A stretch of 63,892 bases of DNA, the filler included, from Thermodesulfobacteriota bacterium (GTDB taxonomy: Bacteria > DASVDK01), in NCBI GenBank assembly GCA_036381125.1. It is 6 parts of 6 records of this genome, joined end to end, with 100 filler letters (N's around TTAATTAATTAA, not from the genome) between each part and the next. Parts side by side here need not be neighbours in the genome. Positions count along the whole stretch, not along the records: positions 13,251 to 44,625 come from DASVDK010000266.1; positions 44,726 to 56,457 come from DASVDK010000267.1; 4 more parts are not named here. One strand, given 5' to 3'. The notes under the pieces were generated by a model, which did no database searches, was not told the DNA's origin, and was given only the letters and a program-made list of their open reading frames with translations. Within the stretch, counting starts at the first letter, position 1. Every line of letters starts with the position of its first letter. Below, one piece after another: positions 38,818 through 48,150 of the stretch. Position numbers and translations under genes: made by a program.

Positions 38818-39275
38818 AGATCAGCGACTTCCTGGCCCCCGACAGCGTGGTGGCCGACCTCGATGGCGCGACCAAGCGCGACGCGCTCGGCCGCCTGGTG
38901 GACACGCTGGCGGCCGCCGAGCCCGACATCCAGCCGGCGCGGTTGGTCGAGGCGCTCCTCGAGCGCGAGCGGATCGGCTCGACGGGCGTCGGTGACGGCG
39001 TCGCCATCCCGCACGCCAAGCTGAAGGGCCTCAAGCGCCTGGCCGCGGCCTTCGGCCGCAGCCGGCGCGGCGTCGACTTCGAGGCGGTCGACGGCCGGCC
39101 CTGTCACCTCTTCTTCCTGCTGGTCGCCCCCGAGGAGGCCGCGAGCGACCACCTGCGCGCGCTGTCCCGCATCGCGAGGCTCATGCGCGACGCGGAGGTC
39201 CGGCGCCGGCTCGTCGAGGCGCCCGATGCGGAGGCGCTCTACGCGCTCCTCGTCGAGGAGGACGACAGGCTCTAG
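38814..39275 (+). CDS. ptsN: PTS IIA(Ntr)-like protein
   Basis: RERIGSTG, GVAIPH, HLRALSRI. Confidence 0.92.
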   Translation: MKISDFLAPDSVVADLDGATKRDALGRLVDTLAAAEPDIQPARLVEALLERERIGSTGVGDGVAIPHAKLKGLKRLAAAFGRSRRGVDFEAVDGRPCHLFFLLVAPEEAASDHLRALSRIARLMRDAEVRRRLVEAPDAEALYALLVEEDDRL

Positions 39276-39299
39276 GCGTCTCCCGGAGGGCGCCCTGCC

Positions 39300-40256
39300 A
39301 TGCTGACCGTTCGGGAACTCCTCGCCGAGGCGGGCGAGAGCTTCCGTCTCGAGACGCTGGCCGGCCTCTCGGGGCTCGGCCGTGCGATCAGCTCGCCGCG
39401 GATCCAGAAGCCGGGCCTCGCGCTGGCCGGCCACATCCGGCACGTCAACTCCGGCCGCGTGCAGGTGCTCGGCGCGACCGAGCTGTCGTTCCTCTCCGGG
39501 CTCGGCGCCGCCGAGCAGGAGCAGGCGGTGGCCGGGCTCCTCGCCGCCGACGTGCCCTGCCTCCTCGTGACCAAGGGGCTCGACGTGCCCGACGTCCTCG
39601 CCCGCGAGGCCGACCGGCGCGAGGTGCCGCTGCTCCGGACCCCGCTCGTCTCCTCGCAGCTCATCTCCGGCATCACCGCCTACCTCGAGCAGCGCCTCGC
39701 GCCGAGCACCACGATGCACGGCGTCCTGCTCGACATCCTCGGCGTCGGGCTCCTCCTGACCGGCAAGAGCGGCATCGGCAAGAGCGAGTGCGCGCTCGAT
39801 CTCGTGCAGCGGGGGCACCGGCTCGTCGCCGACGACGTCGTGCGCATCACGCGCCGGGAGCCGTCCATGCTGATCGGGACCGGCGCGGACCCGATCCGGC
39901 ACCACATGGAGATCCGGGGGCTCGGCATCATCAACGTGAAGGACCTCTTCGGCATCACGGCGGTGCGCGAGGTGAAGGCGATCGACCTGAGCATGGAGCT
40001 GGTCGAGTGGGACCAGGCGGCCGACGTCGATCGCACCGGGCTCGACGAGCACACGGTCGAGATCCTCGGCCTCGCGATCCCGCACATCCGCATGCCGGTC
40101 CGGTTCGCGCCGAACATGACGACGATCATCGAGGTGGCCTGCCGCAACCACCTCCTCAAGTCGGTCGGGCACCACGCAGCGCGCCTGTTCCAGGAGCGTC
40201 TCGAGGCGGAGCTGGCGCAGGCGGCGCGGCCGGCGGGACCGGGAGACCGGCGATGA
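39300..40256 (+). CDS. hprK: HPr kinase/phosphorylase
   Basis: GKSGIGKSE, LVADD, MEIRGLGII. Confidence 0.96.
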   Translation: MLTVRELLAEAGESFRLETLAGLSGLGRAISSPRIQKPGLALAGHIRHVNSGRVQVLGATELSFLSGLGAAEQEQAVAGLLAADVPCLLVTKGLDVPDVLAREADRREVPLLRTPLVSSQLISGITAYLEQRLAPSTTMHGVLLDILGVGLLLTGKSGIGKSECALDLVQRGHRLVADDVVRITRREPSMLIGTGADPIRHHMEIRGLGIINVKDLFGITAVREVKAIDLSMELVEWDQAADVDRTGLDEHTVEILGLAIPHIRMPVRFAPNMTTIIEVACRNHLLKSVGHHAARLFQERLEAELAQAARPAGPGDRR

Positions 40257-41146
40257 AGGCCGGGACCACGCCCGTCGCCCCGGACGCGATCCGGGTGGTG
40301 ATCGTCACCGGCCTGTCGGGCGCCGGCAAGAGCACCGCCATCCACGCGCTCGAGGACCTCGGCTTCTTCTGCGTCGACAACCTGCCGGCCGCGCTCTTCC
40401 GCGACCTCCTCGAGGTCTGCCGCTCGGGCGGCGTGACCAAGGTGGCGCTCGGCATGGACCTCCGGTCCCGGGAGTTCGCGGCCTCGACGCCGCGGCTGCT
40501 CGCGCCCATCCGGGCCGCCGGCTACCGGGTGGAGCTGCTCTACCTCGACGCCACCGACGAGGCGCTCATCCGGCGCTACTCGGAGACCCGTCGGCGGCAC
40601 CCGCTGGCCGAGGGGGACAGCGCCGTCGACGGCATCCGGCGCGAGCGGGCCCTCCTGGCCGACCTGCGGAGCGTGGCGGACCAGGTGATCGACACGACCG
40701 GCCTCAACGTCCACCAGCTCCGCGACGCCATCCGCGAGCGCTACCTCGCCGACTCACGGGTGAAGCGGCTGACCGTGACGCTCGTGTCGTTCGGCTTCCG
40801 GCACGGGCTGCCGCCCGAGGCCGACCTCGTCATGGACGTCCGGTTCCTGCCCAACCCCTACTTCGTCGACTCGATCAAGGCCTTCGACGGCAGCGAACCG
40901 GAGGTCGCCCGCTACGTCTTCCAGTCGCCCGCCGCTGCGGAGTTCCTCGACCGGGTCGCCTCCATGCTCGACTTCCTGCTGCCGCTCTACGAGCGCGAGG
41001 GCAAGGCGTATCTCACCGTCGCCATCGGGTGCACCGGTGGCCAGCATCGGTCGGTGGCCATGGTGCTGGCGCTGGCCGAGCGCCTGGACCGCGAGCGCTA
41101 CCTCGTCCGGGTGCGCCACCGGGACGTGGACCGAGACCGGCGCTAG
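40253..41146 (+). CDS. rapZ: RNase adapter RapZ
   Basis: GLSGAGKS, CVDNLP, DVRFLPNP, GCTGGQHRSV. Confidence 0.96.
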   Translation: MKAGTTPVAPDAIRVVIVTGLSGAGKSTAIHALEDLGFFCVDNLPAALFRDLLEVCRSGGVTKVALGMDLRSREFAASTPRLLAPIRAAGYRVELLYLDATDEALIRRYSETRRRHPLAEGDSAVDGIRRERALLADLRSVADQVIDTTGLNVHQLRDAIRERYLADSRVKRLTVTLVSFGFRHGLPPEADLVMDVRFLPNPYFVDSIKAFDGSEPEVARYVFQSPAAAEFLDRVASMLDFLLPLYEREGKAYLTVAIGCTGGQHRSVAMVLALAERLDRERYLVRVRHRDVDRDRR

Positions 41147-41177
41147 AGTGAAGGACGACACGGAGGGACAAGCGGCT

Positions 41178-41576
41178 ATGGTCGGAGTGGTCGTGGTCGC
41201 GCACGGTCGGCTGGCCGAGGAGTACCTGGCGGTGAGCGAGCTCATCGTGGGACGGCTCCCTCAACTGGCAGCCGTGGCGGTCGGACCGCAGGACGGCAGC
41301 GACGCCGTCCGCGAGCGTCTCTCGGCGGCGATCGCCGAGGTGGACGGCGGCGACGGGGTGCTGATCCTCACGGACATGTTCGGCGGGACCCCCTGCAACA
41401 TCGGGCTGTCCCTCTACGACGGCGAGCGCGTGGACGTCGTCTCGGGCGTGAACCTGCCGATGCTGATCGCGCTGTCGAGCCACCGCGAGGGCAAGAGCCT
41501 GTCGGAGCTGGCGGCCTTCCTGAAGGCGTACGGGCAGAAGAACATCAACCTGGCGAGCGAGATCCTGACCCGGTGA
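41178..41576 (+). CDS. PTS mannose-family EIIA
   Basis: VVAHG, DMFGGTPCN, GVNLPML. Confidence 0.93.
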   Translation: MVGVVVVAHGRLAEEYLAVSELIVGRLPQLAAVAVGPQDGSDAVRERLSAAIAEVDGGDGVLILTDMFGGTPCNIGLSLYDGERVDVVSGVNLPMLIALSSHREGKSLSELAAFLKAYGQKNINLASEILTR

Positions 41577-42055
41577 AGATCGCGCTGGTACGGGTCGACA
41601 GCCGACTCATCCACGGGCAGATCGTCGAGGCCTGGGTGCCGCACACCGGGGCCTCGGTGCTCGTGGTGCTGAACGACGCCGCCGCCGCCTCCGCGCGCAC
41701 GCGGGCCGTCATGGCCATGTGCGTGCCGAAGTCGATCACGGTGGTGGTGGCCCGGGTGGCCGATGCCGCGGCCGTCGGGGCGCGCGGCGACCTCGAGCAG
41801 CAGACGGCGATCGTGCTCGTCGCCACGCCGCGGGATGCCCTCGCGGTGCACGAGGCGGGGCTCGCCTTCTCGCGCCTCAACCTCGGCAACCTGCACTACG
41901 CGCCGGGCAAGCGCCAGGTCTCCACCTCGGTTTCGCTCGACGACGACGACCGCGAGGCGCTCGAGGCGCTCGAGGCGCGTGGCGTGTCGATCGAGGCGCG
42001 GGCCGTTCCCCGCGAGCGATCGCGCCCGTACCACGAGCTGGCCGGGACGCGATGA
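41573..42055 (+). CDS. PTS mannose/sorbose-family EIIB
   Basis: RVDSRLIHGQ, LNLGN. Confidence 0.93.
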   Translation: MKIALVRVDSRLIHGQIVEAWVPHTGASVLVVLNDAAAASARTRAVMAMCVPKSITVVVARVADAAAVGARGDLEQQTAIVLVATPRDALAVHEAGLAFSRLNLGNLHYAPGKRQVSTSVSLDDDDREALEALEARGVSIEARAVPRERSRPYHELAGTR

Positions 42056-42771
42056 CCGGCGCCGAGGTGGGCGCGCTCGCCCTCCTGGGCGGGCTGCTCG
42101 CCCTCGACCGCGTGGCGGTGGGCCAGTTCGGCGTGTCGCAGCCGGTCGTGACCGGGCCGCTCGTGGGATGGCTCCTCGGCGACCCCGGGACCGGGCTCCT
42201 CGTGGGCGGCCTCCTGCAACTCCTCTACGCGGGGGCGCTGCCGGTCGGGGCGTCGATCCCGCCGGACGAGACGACCGCGGCGCTCGTCGGCACCGCGGGC
42301 GCGCTCGTCGGAGCCCGCGCGGCGGGCGACGGGGTGCCCGAGACGGCCATCGTGCCGGTGGGGCTCCTGGCGGGCCTCGCCGCCGGCGAGGCCGGCCGGG
42401 CGCTCGACATCTGGGTGCGGCGGGCGAACATCTGGTTCGCGCACCGGGCCGATGCCGCCGCGGCGCGAGGGGACGACCGGGCGGTCGAGCGCCTGGCGCT
42501 CGGGGGGCTCGTGCTGTGGGCCGTGGTGGGGGCCCTCTCGGCGGCGGTCCTGGCGCCGGCCGCCGCGCTCGTGGTCGGCCCTGCCGTCACGGCGGTCTCG
42601 GCGCCGGGGAGGACGGTGCTGGGGGGGCTCCTCCTCGCCATGGCCGTCGTCGCCTTCGGATCGGCCCTGGCGGCCATGCGAGCGCCGCGGAGGGCGGCGA
42701 TCTTCGCCGCGGCGTTCGCCGTCGGCACGCTCGTGATCGTCGCCGCGGCGCGGGTGAGCGAGCCATGGTGA
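42052..42771 (+). CDS. PTS mannose-family EIIC
   Basis: SQPVVTG, PVGASIPP, hydrophobic helices. Confidence 0.88.
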   Translation: MTGAEVGALALLGGLLALDRVAVGQFGVSQPVVTGPLVGWLLGDPGTGLLVGGLLQLLYAGALPVGASIPPDETTAALVGTAGALVGARAAGDGVPETAIVPVGLLAGLAAGEAGRALDIWVRRANIWFAHRADAAAARGDDRAVERLALGGLVLWAVVGALSAAVLAPAAALVVGPAVTAVSAPGRTVLGGLLLAMAVVAFGSALAAMRAPRRAAIFAAAFAVGTLVIVAAARVSEPW

Positions 42772-43727
42772 CGCCGTGGCCATGGCGTCGGGCGGCGCGG
42801 CGACGCGCCGCGGAGGCGAGCGGCCGCGCGGAGCCGGCGAGCGCGCCGCGCGGCACCGACGGCGGCCGCGAGCGGCTCCCGGCCGGCGGCAAGCGCGCCC
42901 GCCGGCTGCCCCGGCGGCTGCGGATGGCGCTCGTCCTGCGCAGCCTGCTGGTCCAGGCGACGTGGAACTTCGAGCGGATGCAGCACCTCGGGTTCTGCTT
43001 CGCGATCCTGCCGGTCCTCCGCTGGGCGCATCCCGACCCGCGGTCGCCGGCCAGGGGTGAAGCCGTGCGACGGCACCTCGAGTTCTTCAACACGAACCCG
43101 ATCATGGCGGCCGCCATCCTCGGGGCGGCCGGCCGGCTCGAGGCGGACGGCGAGGGGACCGCGGCCCAGACCTGCAAGCTGAGCCTCATGGGCTCGTACG
43201 GCGCCATCGGGGACTCGTTCTTCTGGGGGGCGCTGCGGCCGGCGGCGGGCATCGCGGGCGTGACCGGTGGGCTCGTCTGGACGCTGGCGGGACTCCCCGG
43301 CGGCGCGGGCGGGGGGGCCCTCGTGGCGGCGCTCGTCGCCCTGGTGCTGTTCAACGTCCCGGCCCTCTGGGTGCGGGCCTTCGGGGTCGCGGCCGGCGCC
43401 CGGCTCGGCATCGGCGTGATCGAGATCGTCCGGCGCGTCGGCTTTCCCGAATTGACCGCCCGGGTGCGCGGCTTCGGGGCGGCGGCGCTCGGGCTGGCGG
43501 CCGCCGTGCTCCTCCACGTGGCGGCCGCCCACGTCTGGGGGGCGGCGGTCGAGGGGGCCCCGGGCGGGGCCGCGCCCGCGCCGCCGGCGGGGGTCCTCGC
43601 GGCAGGGTACCCGATCGTTCTCGGGGCGGTGCTTGCGGTGGCGACGGTCGTGGCGCGCGGGATCGTGCCGACGCGGCTCGCCTGGGTCTTCGCGGCGGCG
43701 GCGCTCGCCGCGGTGCTCGTGGTGTAG
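42765..43727 (+). CDS. PTS mannose-family EIID
   Basis: WNFERMQ, RHLEFFNTNP, IGDSFFW; alternative ATG at 42924. Confidence 0.9.
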   Translation: MVTPWPWRRAARRRAAEASGRAEPASAPRGTDGGRERLPAGGKRARRLPRRLRMALVLRSLLVQATWNFERMQHLGFCFAILPVLRWAHPDPRSPARGEAVRRHLEFFNTNPIMAAAILGAAGRLEADGEGTAAQTCKLSLMGSYGAIGDSFFWGALRPAAGIAGVTGGLVWTLAGLPGGAGGGALVAALVALVLFNVPALWVRAFGVAAGARLGIGVIEIVRRVGFPELTARVRGFGAAALGLAAAVLLHVAAAHVWGAAVEGAPGGAAPAPPAGVLAAGYPIVLGAVLAVATVVARGIVPTRLAWVFAAAALAAVLVV

Positions 43728-43737
43728 GGGGACGCGC

Positions 43738-44010
43738 GTGGAGGTACGGCGGCAGGTCGAGATCGTCAACCGGCTCGGCATGCACGCCCGCGCCGCCGCC
43801 GCGTTCGTCAAGCTGGCCGCCCGCTTCCGCTCGGCCGTCGAGGTGGAGCGGGACGGCGAGCGGGTGAACGGCAAGAGCATCATGGGGCTCATGATGCTGG
43901 CCGCGGCGCGCGGCAGCACCGTGACGCTCGTGTGCAACGGGCCCGACGCCGAGGAGGCGGCCGCGGCCCTCGAGGGACTCATCCGTGAGCGGTTCGGTGA
44001 ACCCGACTGA
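43738..44010 (+). CDS. ptsH: Phosphocarrier protein HPr
   Basis: GMHARAA, NGKSIMGL. Confidence 0.95.
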   Translation: MEVRRQVEIVNRLGMHARAAAAFVKLAARFRSAVEVERDGERVNGKSIMGLMMLAAARGSTVTLVCNGPDAEEAAAALEGLIRERFGEPD

Positions 44011-44625
44011 GAGGACGCGCTCGCGCGAACCGATCCGGTTCGTCGGCGTGGGCGGCTCGCCCGGCGTCGCGCTGGGGCGGGCGCACGTCCTCGACCGCCG
44101 CGACCTCGACATCCTCGAGTACGACATCGATCCCGAGCAGGTCGCCGAGGAGCGCGCGCGGCTCGCCGCCGCCTTCGCCGAGAGCCGGCGGCAGCTCGCC
44201 GAGTTGCGCGAGGGGCTGTCGCGCGAGGCGCTCGGCGACCACGTCCACATCCTCGACAGCCACATCCTCATGCTCGAGGACTCGAGCCTCGTCGGCGCCG
44301 CCGAGCGCCTCGTGGCGGAGGAGCGGATCAACGCCGAGTGGGCCGTGCGGCGGGCCTTCGCGACGCTTCGGGCCCAGTTCGAGAAGATCCCGGACGAGTA
44401 CATCCGGTCGCGGGCGCAGGACCTCGCCTACATCGAGGAGCGGGTCCTCAGGAACCTCATGGGCCAGCCGCGCGAGCGCGTGACCGGGCTGCAGGGGCCG
44501 GTCGTGGTCGTGGCCCACGACGTCGCCCCGTCGGAGATCGTGGCCCTCAAGCGGGCCGGCGTGCTCGCCGTCGTGACCGAGACGGGCGGGCCGGCGACGC
44601 ATACGGCGATCATGGCCCGATCGCT
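43997..44625 (+). CDS. ptsI: PEP-protein phosphotransferase EI (3'-truncated)
   Basis: GSPGVALG, INAEWA, GGPATHTAIMARS (phospho-His). Confidence 0.93.
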
Positions 44626-44725
44626 NNNNNNNNNNNNNNNNNNNNNNNNNNNNNNNNNNNNNNNNNNNNTTAATTAATTAANNNNNNNNNNNNNNNNNNN
44701 NNNNNNNNNNNNNNNNNNNNNNNNN
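44626..44725. other. Artificial contig linker
   Basis: N44-TTAATTAATTAA-N44. Confidence 0.99.
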
Positions 44726-44727
44726 GA

Positions 44728-45006
44728 CTCCAGCACGTCCAGGGCCTCGCGTGGGCCGGCGGCGTCCTCTACCTCGCGGACACGTACAACCACAAGGTCA
44801 AGCGGCTCGACCCCGCCACGCGATCGGTGACGAGCTGGCTCGGCACCGGCGCGCCGTCGCGCGCCGAGGGGCACCCCGGCGGGCTCGCGGAGCCACAGGG
44901 CGTCTCGGTCGCGGGCGGACGGCTCTTCGTGGCCGACACGAACAACCACCGCGTCGTCTCGGCGTCGCTCGACGCCGGCGTGCTCGAGGAGATCGGACTC
45001 CGGTGA
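44728..45006 (+). CDS. NHL-repeat protein C-terminus (5'-truncated; absent from the ORF track)
   Basis: LQHVQGLA...LYLADTYNHKVK and EPQGVS...LFVADTNNHRV. Confidence 0.85.
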   Translation, partial: LQHVQGLAWAGGVLYLADTYNHKVKRLDPATRSVTSWLGTGAPSRAEGHPGGLAEPQGVSVAGGRLFVADTNNHRVVSASLDAGVLEEIGLR

Positions 45007-45320
45007 GCCGCGCGGCGGACCCCGGCAACCGGCGCCTGTCGCCCGAGGCGGCGTACCGCGCCCTCGCGGACGAGCCGCGGTGGATCGTGGAGCGGGACCG
45101 GATCTATCGGGATTTCCGCTTCGACACCTTCCGCGAGGCGATCGCGTTCGTGAACCGGGTCGCGGACGCCGCGGAGGCGGTCGATCATCACCCCAACATC
45201 GAGGTCCACGAGTACCACTTCGTCCGGATCACCCTGTACTCGCACCTGGCCGGCGGGGTGGTGCAGAAGGACGTGGACCTCGCCAGGCGGATCTCGGCCC
45301 TGGTCCCTCCGGAGCGCTGA
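45003..45320 (+). CDS. Pterin-4-alpha-carbinolamine dehydratase family protein
   Basis: FREAIAFVNRVA, DHHPNI, SH...KDVDLA. Confidence 0.87.
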   Translation: MSRAADPGNRRLSPEAAYRALADEPRWIVERDRIYRDFRFDTFREAIAFVNRVADAAEAVDHHPNIEVHEYHFVRITLYSHLAGGVVQKDVDLARRISALVPPER

Positions 45321-45539
45321 TCGCGCGGCGGACCGTGCCCGAGGTGCGCGCCCGAAAACGGAGTTTCGCGACAGTCGAGATTCCGCGAGCCGCCGGGTAC
45401 AATCTGACCGACGCCGAATGCGTCCCCCGGGGAGCCCTCAGTCTCCTTCGGGTGCCCCCCACGGCCGGCTCCTCAGCAGGCCGCCGTGGACACGCCGCAT
45501 GGCCCGCGGCACACACACACGAGGGGATGGGAGCAGACG

Positions 45540-46829
45540 ATGGCCAAGGACACGCTCACGATCACCGACAACCGCACCGGCAAGACCTACGAGATCCCGA
45601 TCGTCCACGACACCATCCGGGCGATGGACCTGCGGCAGATCAAGGTGAAGGACGACGACTTCGGCATGATGACGTACGACCCCGCCTTCACCAACACGGC
45701 GTCGACGATCAGCCGGATCACGTACATCGACGGCGACAGGGGGATCCTCGAGTACCGCGGCTACCCGATCGAGCAGCTCGCCGAGAAGAGCACCTACCTC
45801 GAGGTGGCCTATCTCCTCATCCACGGGGAGCTACCGACCCGCGCGCAGCTCGACGAGTGGACCTATCACATCACCCACCACACCATCGTCCACGAGAACA
45901 TCAAGCGGTTCATCGAAGGCTACCGGTACGACGCGCACCCGATGGGGATGCTGCTCGGCACGGTCGGCGCGCTCTCCACGTTCTATCCGGACGCGAAGGA
46001 CATCTTCGACGCCGCCAACCGCCGCATCCAGACCCACCGCCTGATCGCCAAGATGATCACGCTGGCCGCCTTCACCTATCGCCACAACCGCGGCCTGCCC
46101 TACGTGTACCCGGACAACGACCTCTCGTACACCGGCAACTTCCTCAACATGCTCTTCAAGATGACCGAGGTGAAGTACCGGCCTCACCCGGTCCTCGAGC
46201 GCGCGCTCGACGTCCTCTTCATCCTCCACGCCGATCACGAGCAGAACTGCTCGACGCACGCCATGCGCTCGGTCGGGTCGTCGCATCCGGACCCCTACTC
46301 GGCCATCGCCGCCGCCATCGCCGCCCTCTACGGTCCGCTGCACGGCGGGGCGAACGAGGAGGTCCTCAGGATGCTGCGCGAGATCGGCACGAAGGACCGC
46401 ATCCCCGAGTTCGTCAAGCGGGTCAAGGGCGGCGAGGGTCGGCTCTTCGGCTTCGGCCACCGCGTCTACAAGAACTACGACCCGCGCGCGCGGATCATCA
46501 AGCGGGTGGCCGACGAGGTCTTCGAGGTGACGGGCAAGAACCCGCTCCTCGAGATCGCGGTCGAACTCGAGCGGATCGCGCTGCAGGACGACTACTTCAT
46601 CAAGCGGAAGCTCTACCCGAACGTCGACTTCTACTCGGGGCTCATCTACGAGGCGATGGGCTTCAAGCCCGAGTTCTTCACCGTGCTCTTCGCCATCCCG
46701 CGCACCTCGGGCTGGATCGCGCAGTGGGAGGAGATGCTCCTCGACAAGGAGCAGAAGATCGCCAGGCCGCGCCAGATCTACCTCGGCCCCTCCCGCCGCG
46801 ACTACGTCCCCATGGAGAAGCGGGGGTAG
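45540..46829 (+). CDS. gltA: Citrate synthase
   Basis: DHEQNCST, GPLHGGAN, GFGHRVY, NVDFYSG. Confidence 0.97.
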   Translation: MAKDTLTITDNRTGKTYEIPIVHDTIRAMDLRQIKVKDDDFGMMTYDPAFTNTASTISRITYIDGDRGILEYRGYPIEQLAEKSTYLEVAYLLIHGELPTRAQLDEWTYHITHHTIVHENIKRFIEGYRYDAHPMGMLLGTVGALSTFYPDAKDIFDAANRRIQTHRLIAKMITLAAFTYRHNRGLPYVYPDNDLSYTGNFLNMLFKMTEVKYRPHPVLERALDVLFILHADHEQNCSTHAMRSVGSSHPDPYSAIAAAIAALYGPLHGGANEEVLRMLREIGTKDRIPEFVKRVKGGEGRLFGFGHRVYKNYDPRARIIKRVADEVFEVTGKNPLLEIAVELERIALQDDYFIKRKLYPNVDFYSGLIYEAMGFKPEFFTVLFAIPRTSGWIAQWEEMLLDKEQKIARPRQIYLGPSRRDYVPMEKRG

Positions 46830-46867
46830 ATAAGATAATGGAGAAGCGGGGGTAGATAAGATAATGG
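46812..46867 (+). repeat. 26-bp tandem duplication spanning the gltA stop codon
   Basis: ATGGAGAAGCGGGGGTAGATAAGATA twice, plus ATGG. Confidence 0.92.
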
Positions 46868-46868
46868 T

Positions 46869-47014
46869 GTGGGGTCAGGTCTTGAGGTTTTCCGCGCCCC
46901 GTAAGGACGACGGGAAAACGTAAAGACCTGACCCCACTCCTTGTTCCCCGACTTCCGGTCTCGAGGTTTTCCGCGCCCCGTAAGGACGACGGGAAAACGT
47001 AAAGACCTGACCCC
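46869..47014. repeat. REP/MITE-like element with 15-bp terminal inverted repeats and a partial second copy
   Basis: GTGGGGTCAGGTCTT (46869-46883) / AAGACCTGACCCCAC (46923-46937); 52-bp exact repeat at 46884-46935 and 46963-47014. Confidence 0.88.
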
Positions 47015-47025
47015 GGTCCTTTTCC

Positions 47026-47952
47026 TCAGGCTGCCGAGTTGCCGGGGTCGGGGGCCGGCGCCACGACCTGGGCCGCCGATTCGAGGATGGCCGCCTTCCC
47101 ATCGAGCGCCAGCGCACGGCGGCGATCGGCCGACGGCACGTGGATCCTGGTGACCAGCCCGACGAGCCGGCAGGCGCGGATGAAGGCGTAGGAGACGTCC
47201 ACCTCCCACACCTTGAGCCCGTGGCGGGCCGACCAGGGGAAGGCGTGGTGGTTGTTGTGCCAGCCCTCGCCGTACCCCAGGAGCGCCACCCACCAGTTGT
47301 TGCGCGATCGGTCGCCCGATCGGTAGGTCTGGTATCCCCAGAAGTGGGCGGCCGAGTTGACCAGGTAGGTCACGTGGTACGTCGCCACGAGGCGGACGCC
47401 CATCCCCCAGACGACCATCCCCCACCCGCCCCAGAGGTAGAGGCCGACGGCCAGCGGGATCGAGAGGGTCCAGTACCGGTCCTCGAGCCACCGGAGGTAG
47501 GGGTCGGCCGCGATGTCGGCCGCGTACTTGCGCCGGCGCTCGTCGAGTTCCGACTCCGGCACGGCGACGAAGATCCAGCCCATGTGGGCCCACCAGAAGC
47601 CCCGCGTCGAGTCGTGCGGGTCGCCCGGACCGTCCGAGTACTGGTGGTGGCGGCGGTGGTTGGCCACCCAGGACACCGGCCCCCCCTCGATCGCGAAGGC
47701 GCCGAGCGTGGCGAGCGCGTAGACGAGCGGCCGCCGCGCGACGAAGGACTTGTGCGTGAGCAGCCGGTGGTAGCCGACGCAGATGCCGAGCCCGCCCGCC
47801 AGCGCGTGGAGTGCCACGGCGACGGCGAGGTTGGTCCAGGTGAACGTGAAGGGCGCCAGGAGCACGCTGAGGTGCACCGGCGCGAGGAACGCGAAATGGC
47901 TCCAGTTGAACGAGCCGCGAGCCATCGGGATGGAGCGGGCAGAGACGGCCAC
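47026..47952 (-). CDS. Delta-9-type fatty acid desaturase
   Basis: His boxes HRLLTH, HRRHH, HNNHH; NSAAH. Confidence 0.94.
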   Translation of the reverse strand: MAVSARSIPMARGSFNWSHFAFLAPVHLSVLLAPFTFTWTNLAVAVALHALAGGLGICVGYHRLLTHKSFVARRPLVYALATLGAFAIEGGPVSWVANHRRHHQYSDGPGDPHDSTRGFWWAHMGWIFVAVPESELDERRRKYAADIAADPYLRWLEDRYWTLSIPLAVGLYLWGGWGMVVWGMGVRLVATYHVTYLVNSAAHFWGYQTYRSGDRSRNNWWVALLGYGEGWHNNHHAFPWSARHGLKVWEVDVSYAFIRACRLVGLVTRIHVPSADRRRALALDGKAAILESAAQVVAPAPDPGNSAA

Positions 47953-48041
47953 AGAGGTCCTTTCGTCCAGGTCGTACGAGCCACGGGGTGCGGACCAACG
48001 AGCGGGCCGCGAAGCCGAGGAACTCCCGGAAGGGTGCCGGG

Positions 48042-48070
48042 AGAGTAGTCGTCGGGGGGGTGCGAGTCAA
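48042..48070 (-). promoter_or_regulatory. Sigma-70 promoter of the desaturase
   Basis: Minus strand TTGACT-N17-TACTCT. Confidence 0.65.
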
Positions 48071-48150
48071 CCCCTTAATTCGCGGGTTCGAGGGGAGGGG
48101 CCCCGATACGCCGCGCGGTTTCGGGGCCGGTGCCCCGCATGCCACGGACG

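Noticed and set aside
37095-40175. Very long antisense and alternative-frame ORFs (e.g. 1026 aa here, 955 aa at 13195-16062, 929 aa at 24145-26934)
   Set aside because: Shadow ORFs from high GC3 overlapping well-supported genes; no recognisable motifs.
45003-45320. Pterin dehydratase as part of the tyrosine operon
   Set aside because: It is on a different contig and no phenylalanine hydroxylase is visible.
46884-47014. Possible mini-CRISPR array
   Set aside because: Only two 52-bp repeats with a 27-bp gap, no cas genes, and terminal inverted repeats that fit a REP/MITE better.
46875-47153. Short ORFs containing KDLTP/RPDP peptides
   Set aside because: Spurious translations of the REP-like element.
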